From an uncultured Pelagibacteraceae bacterium (GTDB lineage Bacteria; Pseudomonadota; Alphaproteobacteria; Pelagibacterales; Pelagibacteraceae): a DNA stretch of 64,000 nucleotides. Made by a program: the position numbers and the translations under genes. The stretch is from assembly GCA_902620525.1 (NCBI GenBank), contig CACNIK010000006.1, positions 13 to 64,012 of the forward strand. Direction: 5' to 3'. The notes beneath the pieces are model-generated. The model was given only the letters and a program-made list of their open reading frames with translations. It had not been told where the DNA came from and did not search any database. Every line of letters begins with the position of its first letter. The first letter of the stretch is position 1. Positions 10,799-21,555 of this stretch are shown in pieces.

Positions 10799-12013
10799 CT
10801 ATAATTTTTCAAAAATCAAAGCAGCGTTTGTGCCTCCAAAACCAAAGCTGTTAGACATTACTGCATTAAGCTTAACTCCTTTTTCGGTTTTTGTAACTAT
10901 AGGGAATTTTTTTGCTTCTTCATCTATTTCATTTATATTAGCAGAACCAGCAATAAAATTATTTTTCATCATAATTAAACAATAAATCGCTTCATGTACT
11001 GATGCGGCCCCCAAAGGGTGTCCCGATAGCGACTTTGTAGAACTAATTTTTGGAATTTTTTCTCCAAAAGTCTTTTGAACTGCGTTGAGTTCTGTAATAT
11101 CTCCTACAGGGGTTGATGTTCCGTGTGTATTTATATAATTAATTTTATTTCTAGCGGTAGCCATAGCCATTTGCATACATCTAACAGCACCTTCACCAGA
11201 TGGAGCAACCATGTCATAACCATCAGATGTTGCTCCATAGCCAGTTAACTCAGCATAAATTTTTGCTCCTCTGGCTTTTGCATGTTCATATTCTTCAAGT
11301 ACCAATACTCCAGCTCCTCCAGCAATAACAAATCCGTCTCTGGTTTTATCATAAGCGCGTGAAGCAGTTTCAGGTTTATCGTTATATTTTGATGATAGAG
11401 CAGTCATTGCATCAAACATAGCAGTCATCGCCCAATGGACTTCTTCACTTCCACCCGCAAATATAATATCTTGTTTTCCAATTTGAATTAGTTCCATTGC
11501 ATTTCCAATGCAATGCCCACTAGTTGCACATGCAGAACTCATTGTATAATTTGTTCCTTTAATTTTAAACGGTACTGCAAGTGTTGCAGAAGCTGTACTA
11601 CCCATTGTTCTTGGTACAATAAATGGACCCATTAATTTCGGAGTTTTAGCTCGAGTTTTATCAGCAGCAAGAATTACATTTTCAATAGAGGGACCGCCTG
11701 AACCCATAATTATTCCGGTTTTAAAGTTACTTACCTCGTTTTCCTTTAAATCAGAGTCTGAAATTGCTTCTTTCATAGCAATATAATTATAGGCTGAACC
11801 AGATCCCATGAATCTAATTGTTTTTCTATCTACATAATCTGAAAGTTTAATATTTGGTTTTCCGTGCACATGGCTTTTAAGATTATGCTCTTTATATTCG
11901 TCCGCATAAGAAATACCTGATTTTGAATTTATTAAAGATTGGTGGACTTCTTCTTGATTATTACCAAGACAAGATACTATACCAAGACCTGTAATTACTA
12001 CCCTTCTCATCAC
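10799..12013 (-). CDS. fabB: 3-oxoacyl-ACP synthase I
   Basis: 404 aa; KAS Cys-His-His elements ([25 protein letters not shown]); directly downstream of and overlapping fabA. Confidence 0.88.
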   Translation of the reverse strand: MMRRVVITGLGIVSCLGNNQEEVHQSLINSKSGISYADEYKEHNLKSHVHGKPNIKLSDYVDRKTIRFMGSGSAYNYIAMKEAISDSDLKENEVSNFKTGIIMGSGGPSIENVILAADKTRAKTPKLMGPFIVPRTMGSTASATLAVPFKIKGTNYTMSSACATSGHCIGNAMELIQIGKQDIIFAGGSEEVHWAMTAMFDAMTALSSKYNDKPETASRAYDKTRDGFVIAGGAGVLVLEEYEHAKARGAKIYAELTGYGATSDGYDMVAPSGEGAVRCMQMAMATARNKINYINTHGTSTPVGDITELNAVQKTFGEKIPKISSTKSLSGHPLGAASVHEAIYCLIMMKNNFIAGSANINEIDEEAKKFPIVTKTEKGVKLNAVMSNSFGFGGTNAALIFEKL

Positions 12014-12513
12014 TTAAACAAACCTACTTTCAAATTTTCTGCTACATAGATTACTTTTCCATCAGCATCTAATGTACCATTAGCCAATCCTACTACAGCG
12101 CTCTCTTTTTTTAAAATTCTTTTTATATTTATTTTATAAGTGGCCATCTTAACTTTTTTTAAAACTTCACCAGTAAATTTAACTGTGCTTACCCCTAAAG
12201 CTCTTCCTTTTCCGGGCTCACCTGTCCAACCAAGGTAAAAACCAACCAATTGCCACATTGCGTCTAATCCAAGACATCCTGGCATGACTGGATCTTTTTG
12301 AAAATGACATTTAAAAAACCAAAGATCATCCTTGATGTCTAATTCCGCTTCTAGATAACCTCTTTTGAAAGTTCCTGTACCACTTTCAATTTTTGTAATT
12401 CTGTCAAACATAAGCATCGGAGGTAGTGGTAATTTTGCATTACCATCACCAAAAAGAATACCATTTCCACAATCAATTAAATCTTGATAATTATAATTAT
12501 TTTTTTGCTTCAT
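12010..12513 (-). CDS. fabA: 3-hydroxydecanoyl-ACP dehydratase/isomerase
   Basis: 167 aa; [31 protein letters not shown] active-site region typical of FabA. Confidence 0.93.
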   Translation of the reverse strand: MKQKNNYNYQDLIDCGNGILFGDGNAKLPLPPMLMFDRITKIESGTGTFKRGYLEAELDIKDDLWFFKCHFQKDPVMPGCLGLDAMWQLVGFYLGWTGEPGKGRALGVSTVKFTGEVLKKVKMATYKINIKRILKKESAVVGLANGTLDADGKVIYVAENLKVGLFK

Positions 12514-12532
12514 TTTTTAATTATGGTTTTAC

Positions 12533-12574
12533 TTGATTAAAGTAGTTAATTATATATAAATAGTTTAAAACTAT
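12533..12574 (+). promoter_or_regulatory. Candidate sigma70 promoter of the irr-like gene with a 15-bp palindrome at the predicted start site
   Basis: TTGATT (12533-12538)-N16-TATAAA (12555-12560); perfect 7-1-7 palindrome ATAGTTT-A-AAACTAT at 12560-12574, 17 nt before the ATG. Confidence 0.3.
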
Positions 12575-12590
12575 AAAGTATGCAAAATCA

Positions 12591-13010
12591 ATGATTATTA
12601 ATGATAATTTAAAAATGTATGTCCAAAAATTAAGATCCTCAAATCTTAGACCTACAAAACAGCGGTTAAAAATTTGTAAGTTTTTATTTGATAGAAAGAA
12701 AACTTTTCATTTCACAGTTGAGGCATTAAATAAAAAAATAAATAAAAATAAAACTACCAAAGTTTCTTTAGCAACAATCTATAATACAGTCGAAGCGTTT
12801 ACTAATGCAGGATATTTAAAAGAAATTTTAACTAGTAAAAATAAAAGCTATTATGATACTAACATTAAGTCGCATCACCACTTTTATGATGAAGGAAATA
12901 AAGAACTTACTGATATTCATTATAGCCAAATAAAATTAAGCAAAGTTCCAGTCCCGCCTAAAGGTAAAAAAATAAAAAATCTTGAAGTTGTAATCAGAAT
13001 TCAAAAATAG
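12591..13010 (+). CDS. irr: Fur-family transcriptional regulator, Irr-like (iron response regulator)
   Basis: 139 aa; winged-helix N-terminus (LRPTKQRLKI...), HHH motif (KSHHHFYDEG), only one Cys and no CxxC zinc site; divergent from fabA as irr is in Rhizobiales and Brucella. Confidence 0.7.
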   Translation: MIINDNLKMYVQKLRSSNLRPTKQRLKICKFLFDRKKTFHFTVEALNKKINKNKTTKVSLATIYNTVEAFTNAGYLKEILTSKNKSYYDTNIKSHHHFYDEGNKELTDIHYSQIKLSKVPVPPKGKKIKNLEVVIRIQK

Positions 13011-13020
13011 TCATCTCTTA

Positions 13021-13053
13021 TTGACTTTCTAGTTTAGAATTATTATAAACTAG
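13021..13053 (+). promoter_or_regulatory. katG promoter (TTGACT-N17-TATAAA) overlaid by a 25-bp ICE/Irr-box-like palindrome
   Basis: -35 at 13021-13026 and -10 at 13044-13049. Palindrome CTAGTTTAGAAT-T-ATTATAAACTAG at 13029-13053 has 11/12 complementary arm pairs. Core TTTAGAA-TTA-TTATAAA is one mismatch from TTTAGAA-N3-TTCTAAA. Confidence 0.55.
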
Positions 13054-13065
13054 CTATTGAACTAA

Positions 13066-15243
<2,178 letters not shown>

Positions 15244-15244
15244 T

Positions 15245-15490
15245 ATGACTGAATTTACACAAGGTATACATGGTGCAGCTAGAAAAATTTATGAAAATAA
15301 TAAAGGCTCACTTTTAAGAACACTCGTTTACACTATTGGACATTTTTTAATAGCAATAACTGTCTTGATGCTTGTGGCCGATGTTTCTTTTATGATAGCT
15401 TTAACGGATGCTATAGTTGAACCATTAGCTAATACAGTTTGGTATTTTTTATTAGATAAATTTTGGGCTTCTAAAGTTGCATCAAAATAA
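15245..15490 (+). CDS. Small two-TM membrane protein, DUF2061-like
   Basis: 81 aa; RTLVYTIGHFLIAITVLML...EPLANTVWYFLLDKFW pattern resembles DUF2061; starts 1 nt after the katG stop. Confidence 0.65.
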   Translation: MTEFTQGIHGAARKIYENNKGSLLRTLVYTIGHFLIAITVLMLVADVSFMIALTDAIVEPLANTVWYFLLDKFWASKVASK

Positions 15491-15492
15491 CT

Positions 15493-15924
15493 TTATATCC
15501 TACCCCAAATATCATTATTTTTAATCCATCCTGAATATTTACCAGATTTAACTTTACACCAATTACCCTTACATTTTGAAATCAAAAGTAAACGGCCAGT
15601 TTCGATATTTATTAAAGGTTTAGAATATATTGTAGGTCTATTATATAAAATTAAATCTTTTAATGTTATTACAGATTTTTTTTTCGATAATTGAGAAATA
15701 TGTATCCACCCAGAATTATTTTCGTGATCTTGTATTTTTCTAAAATTTTCTGATTTTTCTTTTATTAGAACAGGTAAGTATTTTTTTTTGTAAATTATTT
15801 TTATAGGATAATCAAAAGATGGACCCAATCTTAAATTAACCCTATCATTTCTTAAGGATAAGAAATATTCTTCACCGACTAAAGTATTAAAAATAAAATA
15901 AAAAATAAGAATTAGTCTTAACAT
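15493..15924 (-). CDS. Secreted SH3-like (DUF1058-type) domain protein
   Basis: 143 aa; N-terminal signal-like segment; VNLRLGPSFDYPI...GWIHISQLS and NWCKVKSGKYSGWI bacterial SH3-like repeats. Confidence 0.6.
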   Translation of the reverse strand: MLRLILIFYFIFNTLVGEEYFLSLRNDRVNLRLGPSFDYPIKIIYKKKYLPVLIKEKSENFRKIQDHENNSGWIHISQLSKKKSVITLKDLILYNRPTIYSKPLINIETGRLLLISKCKGNWCKVKSGKYSGWIKNNDIWGRI

Positions 15925-16661
15925 TTATTACTACAATTTTTATTTCTACTTAGATGTATAGACCTAAAATTCATTTTAATTGAATTAAAGACAATCATTT
16001 TTTTCTCCATATTTGAATTAAAGTTGAGTATAGAATTTACTACTTCATTAGCTTGCAAGGTGCCCATTATACCAGTTATTGTTGGTATGACCCCTTCAGA
16101 CTCACAGTTATTATTTTGTTCTGGTATCTCCGGTAAAAAACATCTATAGCAGGGTGTCTTTTTTTTAAAGTTAAACTTAAAAATATGACCATCAAATCCA
16201 CTTACAGCTGCAGAGATTAATATTTTTTTTTGTTTAAGAGCGTGATCATTTACTAATAGTCTAGTTTTGAAATTGTCAGTGCCATCACACACTATATCAA
16301 AATTTTTAATAATCTTCTCAATATTGTTTTTATTTACTCTGATCTTATGTGACTTAATAATTATATTTTTATTTATTAATTTAATTTTATTTTTTGCCAC
16401 ATCAACTTTATATTTCCCGAGATCGTTTATATTATAAATAATTTGTCGATTTAAATTGGATAACTCAACTTTATCATTATCTACTATTCCGATTGTACCA
16501 ATGCCCAGACTAGCTAAATAAATTGACAATGGACATCCTAGGCCACCCATACCTAACACAAGTACTTTTGCAGACTTTAACTTTTGTTGTCCAATAATTC
16601 CGATTTTCTTTAAAATTATTTGTTTTGAGAATTTTTGATATTCTTTGTTAGAAATTTTCAT
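15918..16661 (-). CDS. ThiF/MoeB-family adenylyltransferase
   Basis: 247 aa; nucleotide-binding LVLGMGGLGCP, NLNRQ motif, zinc-site CYRCFLP...C. Confidence 0.8.
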   Translation of the reverse strand: MKISNKEYQKFSKQIILKKIGIIGQQKLKSAKVLVLGMGGLGCPLSIYLASLGIGTIGIVDNDKVELSNLNRQIIYNINDLGKYKVDVAKNKIKLINKNIIIKSHKIRVNKNNIEKIIKNFDIVCDGTDNFKTRLLVNDHALKQKKILISAAVSGFDGHIFKFNFKKKTPCYRCFLPEIPEQNNNCESEGVIPTITGIMGTLQANEVVNSILNFNSNMEKKMIVFNSIKMNFRSIHLSRNKNCSNKC

Positions 16662-16663
16662 GT

Positions 16664-17893
16664 TTAATTAAGACTTTTGTCATTAATTAATAATTTTTTG
16701 ATTATCTCCCCAGATATTACTGAAGCAATAAAACTTTTTTTGTTTTTTTTTATTTGAGAAATTTTACCATCTGAGCGAATAATTGTAACTGCATTATAAT
16801 CTTTATTAAAACCAATGTCTTTTTTTGATACATCGTTTGCTATGATCCAGTCAGCATTTTTACTTTTCAATTTTATTTTTGAATTATGTAAAAGTTTTTC
16901 AGTTTCAGCTGAAAACCCTATAACTAATTTTGGACGGTGTTGATTAGTTTTTCCAATATAATTTAAAATATCTATAGTGCCATCTAAATCTATTCTTTCT
17001 TTTGTTTTATTTTTTTTTATTTTATTTTTTTGAAAAGTCGAAGGTTTAAAGTCTGAAACAGCAGCAGTACAAACAGCTACATCAACAGGTAATGTTTTTT
17101 TTACTGCGCTAAACATTTCATCTGAGGTTTTTACCTTTATAATTTTTAAACCCTTTTCAACTTGAAGGTTTGATGGACCTGCTATCAAAGTAGTTTTTAT
17201 ACCCATCCTTTTTAAGGCTAATGCTATTTCATACCCTTGTTTTCCACTAGACTCATTTGAGATAAAACGTACAGGATCAAGATATTCTCTAGTTGGACCA
17301 GTCGTAACTAAAGCTTTAAATTTTTTATTTTTTACAATGTTCCTTTTATAAAAATAATTTTTAATTTCCATATATATTTTTTTAGGGCTTAACATTTTAC
17401 CTTTTCCGAATTCTCCACATGCCATCTGTCCCTCTGTAGGACCTAGAAATTTATAACCATAAGTGATAAGTTTTTTACAGTTTTCTTGAGTGGCTTTATG
17501 ACTCCACATTCTAACGTTCATAGCCGGCACTAAAATAATATCCTTATTTGAAGCTAATAAAATTGTTGAAGCTAAATCTTCAGCTTTACCATGGCTTAAC
17601 TTGCTTATTATATTAGCTGTTGCAGGAACTACTAAAATTAAGTCTGCCCATCTAGATAAAGCTATATGATCTATCTCAGCTTCGTTATCTTTATCAAATA
17701 AATTTTCATAAACTTTCCCTCCTGATAATGAAACTAAAGATAATGGAGTTACAAATTGTTTGCCGCTTCTCGTAAGAACAATTTTTATTTCATAACCATC
17801 TTTTTTTAAAAATCTTAACAGATCTAAAGACTTATAAGCTGATATTCCACCACCTATAATAATTAAAATTTTTTTATTTTTTGTTTTCATCAA
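16664..17893 (-). CDS. coaBC: Bifunctional phosphopantothenoylcysteine decarboxylase / phosphopantothenate-cysteine ligase
   Basis: 409 aa; N-terminal flavoprotein domain (GGGISAYKS, PAMN) and C-terminal CoaB domain (ISNESSGKQG, AAVSDF). Confidence 0.92.
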   Translation of the reverse strand: MMKTKNKKILIIIGGGISAYKSLDLLRFLKKDGYEIKIVLTRSGKQFVTPLSLVSLSGGKVYENLFDKDNEAEIDHIALSRWADLILVVPATANIISKLSHGKAEDLASTILLASNKDIILVPAMNVRMWSHKATQENCKKLITYGYKFLGPTEGQMACGEFGKGKMLSPKKIYMEIKNYFYKRNIVKNKKFKALVTTGPTREYLDPVRFISNESSGKQGYEIALALKRMGIKTTLIAGPSNLQVEKGLKIIKVKTSDEMFSAVKKTLPVDVAVCTAAVSDFKPSTFQKNKIKKNKTKERIDLDGTIDILNYIGKTNQHRPKLVIGFSAETEKLLHNSKIKLKSKNADWIIANDVSKKDIGFNKDYNAVTIIRSDGKISQIKKNKKSFIASVISGEIIKKLLINDKSLN

Positions 17894-17898
17894 GATGA

Positions 17899-19464
17899 TT
17901 AAAATACTACAAATGTTATTATTACAATACCTAATATTGAAATTAAAATATTATTTCTGAAACTTTTTAATCTTAATTTTTCCATCTCTAGAGAGGAATT
18001 ACCACTATTTGTAAGGTTCAACTTACCTTCTGCGATTAACTGTAGTGCGTGATTTGCCTTGTCCATAAAATCGGGAAGATCAGGTATCCTTTTTAAAATC
18101 TCTCCAGAGGTATCAATTGCGCTCGTTATTGTTGCTTTTGGCCCTTTTAAACTTTCTAGCCAATTTTCAAGAATTGGTTTTGAAACATTCCAAATATTTG
18201 TATCTGGATATAATTTTCTTGCAACTCCCTCAACAACAACCATTGTTTTCTGTAATAATAAAAGTTGGGTTTGAGTTGCCATATTAAATTTTTCTGTAAT
18301 TTCAAAAAGTTGTGAAAGAAGATTACCTCCAGATATATCTTTAATGTTTTGCCCAAATATCGGTTCTCCTACCGACCTCAGCGCTTGAGCAAATTCCTCT
18401 TTTGAAGCCGTCTTAGGAACCAATCCAGCTTGAAAATGAACTTCTGCCACTTTTACATAATCTCTTTTTATAAAACCATAAAGAATTTCTGCTAAATATT
18501 TTTTATTGTATTTATCCAATCTTCCCATAATACCAAAGTCTACTGGTACGATATTTCCTTCATTATCTACAAATAAATTTCCTTCATGCATATCAGCATG
18601 AAAAAATCCATCTCTAACTGCTTGCCTTAAAAAATGTTGTATTAGGTTTTCTGCAATATTTTTTAAATCTATGTTTTTTTCTTTTAGTGCCTGATGATCT
18701 CTAATTGAAACTCCATCAACCTTATCTAAAGTTAGAACTTTTTTTGACGTATATTGCCAATAAATTTTTGGAACTTTAAAACCTTTATCGTTTTTTGTAT
18801 TTTCAAATAATTCATTTGCTGCTGCAGCCTCAAATCTTAAATCCATCTCAATATTAGTGATTTCCCTTAAAAGATGCACTACTTCCACAAGCTTTAGTCT
18901 TCTTGTCTTTTTTAGAGTAGCTTCAATAATATAGGCAAATAACATTAAAGCATCTAATTCTTCATTAAAAATCTTTTCGATATTTGGCCTTAAAATTTTT
19001 ATTGCCACTTCATTTTCTTTATCTTCAATTTTTATTCTAGCTAAATGAACCTGAGCAATTGAGGCAGCAGCAATAGGTTTAGAAATATTTAGAATATTGG
19101 AGAATTGATTATCACCTACTTCGTTTTTTAGTATTTCTTTTGCCTCATTGAAACTAAATGGAGGAAGTTTATCTTGTAATTTTTCTAGATCTTGAGCTAA
19201 ATCATTACCAATTATATCTGGACGTGTAGCTAAAAATTGTCCTAATTTTATAAAGGTAGTGCCCATCCCCTCTAGAGCGTCACATAATTTTTCACCAGAG
19301 GATTTAGTATGACTTATTGTCTTTTTTTTTGACCCAATTGATATAATGTCAAAAAATATTTTGAGTATAAGTGGTAATTTATATAATTGGTTTATAGTAT
19401 CAATTGCTCCTGAGGAAGCAAATCGTCTAGCTATTTTAACTAATAAAATTAATCTTTTTATCAT
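17899..19464 (-). CDS. ubiB: UbiB (ABC1 atypical kinase, ubiquinone biosynthesis)
   Basis: ORF opens at 19479; ATG at 19464 (MIKRLILL...) forms a TAATG junction with the ubiE stop; AAASIAQVH, FFHADMHEGN, VDFG kinase-like motifs; C-terminal TM. Confidence 0.9.
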   Translation of the reverse strand: MIKRLILLVKIARRFASSGAIDTINQLYKLPLILKIFFDIISIGSKKKTISHTKSSGEKLCDALEGMGTTFIKLGQFLATRPDIIGNDLAQDLEKLQDKLPPFSFNEAKEILKNEVGDNQFSNILNISKPIAAASIAQVHLARIKIEDKENEVAIKILRPNIEKIFNEELDALMLFAYIIEATLKKTRRLKLVEVVHLLREITNIEMDLRFEAAAANELFENTKNDKGFKVPKIYWQYTSKKVLTLDKVDGVSIRDHQALKEKNIDLKNIAENLIQHFLRQAVRDGFFHADMHEGNLFVDNEGNIVPVDFGIMGRLDKYNKKYLAEILYGFIKRDYVKVAEVHFQAGLVPKTASKEEFAQALRSVGEPIFGQNIKDISGGNLLSQLFEITEKFNMATQTQLLLLQKTMVVVEGVARKLYPDTNIWNVSKPILENWLESLKGPKATITSAIDTSGEILKRIPDLPDFMDKANHALQLIAEGKLNLTNSGNSSLEMEKLRLKSFRNNILISILGIVIITFVVF

Positions 19465-20171
19465 TATACAATTTTCCAACCCGAGTGTATTGCAGCGATC
19501 CCATTTGTAAGATTTCTGTATTCTACGTTTGTAAAACCTGTATCAAGTATTTTATTAGAAAAATCTTCTTGGTTATAAAATTTTTCAATGCTTTGAACTA
19601 AATATCTATATGGCATGTCATCACCTGCCACAAATTTTCCTACTGATGGTATTATCTTGGAATAATTTTGATATATTATTTTCAATATTTCATTTTCAAC
19701 TTTCGAAAATTCTAGGCAAAAAAATCTTCCTCCATTTTTTAAAACTCTATAAGCCTCACTCAAAGATTTATTAAAATTTGTAACATTTCTTATTCCAAAA
19801 CTAATTGTATAATAATCAAAGGTCTCATCATCGAAAGGTAAGCACTCTGCTGATGACATTTTCCATTGAATATTACTAAAACGACTTAACTTTTTTTCAC
19901 CTTTCCGAAGCATTTTTTCATTTGGCTCAACACATATTACTTCACAACTATTGTTTGTGTAATCAGAACATAATTTTGCAATATCACCTGTGCCAGAAGC
20001 AACGTCTATGATTTTATTATTTTTTTTTGGATTTATCCAAGAAACAAGATTTTTTTTCCACATCCTATGCGTACCTAGCGACATAATATCATTCATTAAA
20101 TCATATTTATCATAAACTTTATTGAAAACTTTTTTTACTAGTTTAGATTTGTCTTCGTAACGTAAATTCAT
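19464..20171 (-). CDS. ubiE: Demethylmenaquinone/ubiquinone C-methyltransferase
   Basis: 235 aa; YDLMND, SAM motif IIDVASGTGDIA, UbiE/MenG family; ubiE-ubiB order. Confidence 0.93.
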   Translation of the reverse strand: MNLRYEDKSKLVKKVFNKVYDKYDLMNDIMSLGTHRMWKKNLVSWINPKKNNKIIDVASGTGDIAKLCSDYTNNSCEVICVEPNEKMLRKGEKKLSRFSNIQWKMSSAECLPFDDETFDYYTISFGIRNVTNFNKSLSEAYRVLKNGGRFFCLEFSKVENEILKIIYQNYSKIIPSVGKFVAGDDMPYRYLVQSIEKFYNQEDFSNKILDTGFTNVEYRNLTNGIAAIHSGWKIV

Positions 20172-20181
20172 AATTAATTAT

Positions 20182-21048
20182 ATGCCAGAATTGCCAGAAG
20201 TTGAAGTTATTAAAAAGTCACTTGAGAGGACTATATATGATTTAAGAATAAAAAATATAGAAATACCTAATAAATCTTTGAGATATAAAATCAATGAAAA
20301 ATTGATGAAAAAAATGATTAATTCAAAAGTTCTTTCAATCTCAAGAAGATCAAAATATATACTGATAAACTTAAATAACCATTTTACAATAATAATACAT
20401 CTAGGTATGACCGGTAAAATAATAATAACCGGCACTAATAAAAAAAAATATAAAACAAGTTTTTATTATGAATTAAAAGACAACAAAACTAAGCATGACC
20501 ACTTAGTATTAAAATTTAACAAAAATATTTTACTTACCTATAACGATGTAAGAAAGTTTGGTTTTATTAAAGTATTTGAAACAAGCAAATTATATTTAAG
20601 CCCTCATTTGAACAAGCTTGGACCAGAGCCTCTTTCAAAAAAATTTAATTTTTATTACTTTAAAAACAATGTTACAAATAGACAAGTTTGTTTAAAAGAT
20701 CTCTTAATGAATCAAAAATTTATAGCTGGTTTAGGAAACATTTATGTTAATGAGGCTTTATTTTTAAGCAAATTAAATCCTAAAGTTAGGTCAAATAAAA
20801 TACCTTTTAAAAAAATTAAACTATTGGTTTCTAATATTAAAAAGGTTTTAAAAAAGGCAATTCAAAAAGGTGGTTCCTCTATTAAAAATTTTAATAATAT
20901 TAAGGGCAAAAAAGGTAAATTTCAGCAATTTTTTAATGTATATGGTAAACAAGGTAATTCTTGTTCCCGGTCTAATTGTATAGGTACAATTAGAAGAATA
21001 CGGATATCCAATAGATCAACTTTTTTTTGTGACAAATGTCAAAAATAA
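20182..21048 (+). CDS. mutM: Formamidopyrimidine-DNA glycosylase
   Basis: 288 aa; N-terminal MPELPEVE, H2TH region (GLGNIYVNEALF), C-terminal zinc finger (C-x5-C...C-x2-C). Confidence 0.9.
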   Translation: MPELPEVEVIKKSLERTIYDLRIKNIEIPNKSLRYKINEKLMKKMINSKVLSISRRSKYILINLNNHFTIIIHLGMTGKIIITGTNKKKYKTSFYYELKDNKTKHDHLVLKFNKNILLTYNDVRKFGFIKVFETSKLYLSPHLNKLGPEPLSKKFNFYYFKNNVTNRQVCLKDLLMNQKFIAGLGNIYVNEALFLSKLNPKVRSNKIPFKKIKLLVSNIKKVLKKAIQKGGSSIKNFNNIKGKKGKFQQFFNVYGKQGNSCSRSNCIGTIRRIRISNRSTFFCDKCQK

Positions 21049-21052
21049 TAAG

Positions 21053-21081
21053 TTGACCAGCTTTTATTCGACATATATACA
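21053..21081 (+). promoter_or_regulatory. Candidate sigma70 promoter for rpsT
   Basis: TTGACC (21053-21058)-N17-TATACA (21076-21081), 11 nt before the rpsT ATG. Confidence 0.35.
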
Positions 21082-21092
21082 AGCTTACGATC

Positions 21093-21347
21093 ATGCCAAA
21101 TACAAAATCTGCTATAAGAAGAGTAAGAAGGGTAAAAAAGCAAACCTCAGTTAATAGGGTAAGAAAAAGTAAGTACAAATCTGCAGTTAAACAGATGGAA
21201 AATTTAGTTAAAAAAGGAGATAAAAAAAAAATAAAAGAATTTTTTCCTAAATTCCAATCAATTCTAATGCAGGTTGCTAAAAAGGGCGTCGTTAATAGAA
21301 AAACTGCTTCAAGAAAAATTTCAAAAGTTTCTAAAAAAATTTCCTAA
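21093..21347 (+). CDS. rpsT: 30S ribosomal protein S20
   Basis: 84 aa, highly basic; MPNTKSAIRRVRR N-terminus typical of S20; rpsT-dnaA synteny as in other alphaproteobacteria. Confidence 0.9.
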   Translation: MPNTKSAIRRVRRVKKQTSVNRVRKSKYKSAVKQMENLVKKGDKKKIKEFFPKFQSILMQVAKKGVVNRKTASRKISKVSKKIS

Positions 21348-21555
21348 GTCAAACAATTCATAGTTGTTAAATTTTTAGCTTATATAGTTTTACGAACAAA
21401 ATATAGATTCAAATTTCTGTTATGGGTTGTAAAAAATCAATTTCTATTGACACGCTAAGTCTACAACCGAAATTAAATTTTTTTTTAAAAATTAAAAATA
21501 ATTCTTGAAAGTTTTTTAAAAATGAGGTTTTTAAACTCTCAAGTAAATTTTGATC

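Noticed and set aside
20178-20435. 85-aa minus-strand ORF at the ubiE/mutM divergent junction
   Set aside because: It lies antisense to the conserved N-terminus of MutM (PELPEVE...) and gives an Ile/Phe-rich product. It would leave no promoter space.
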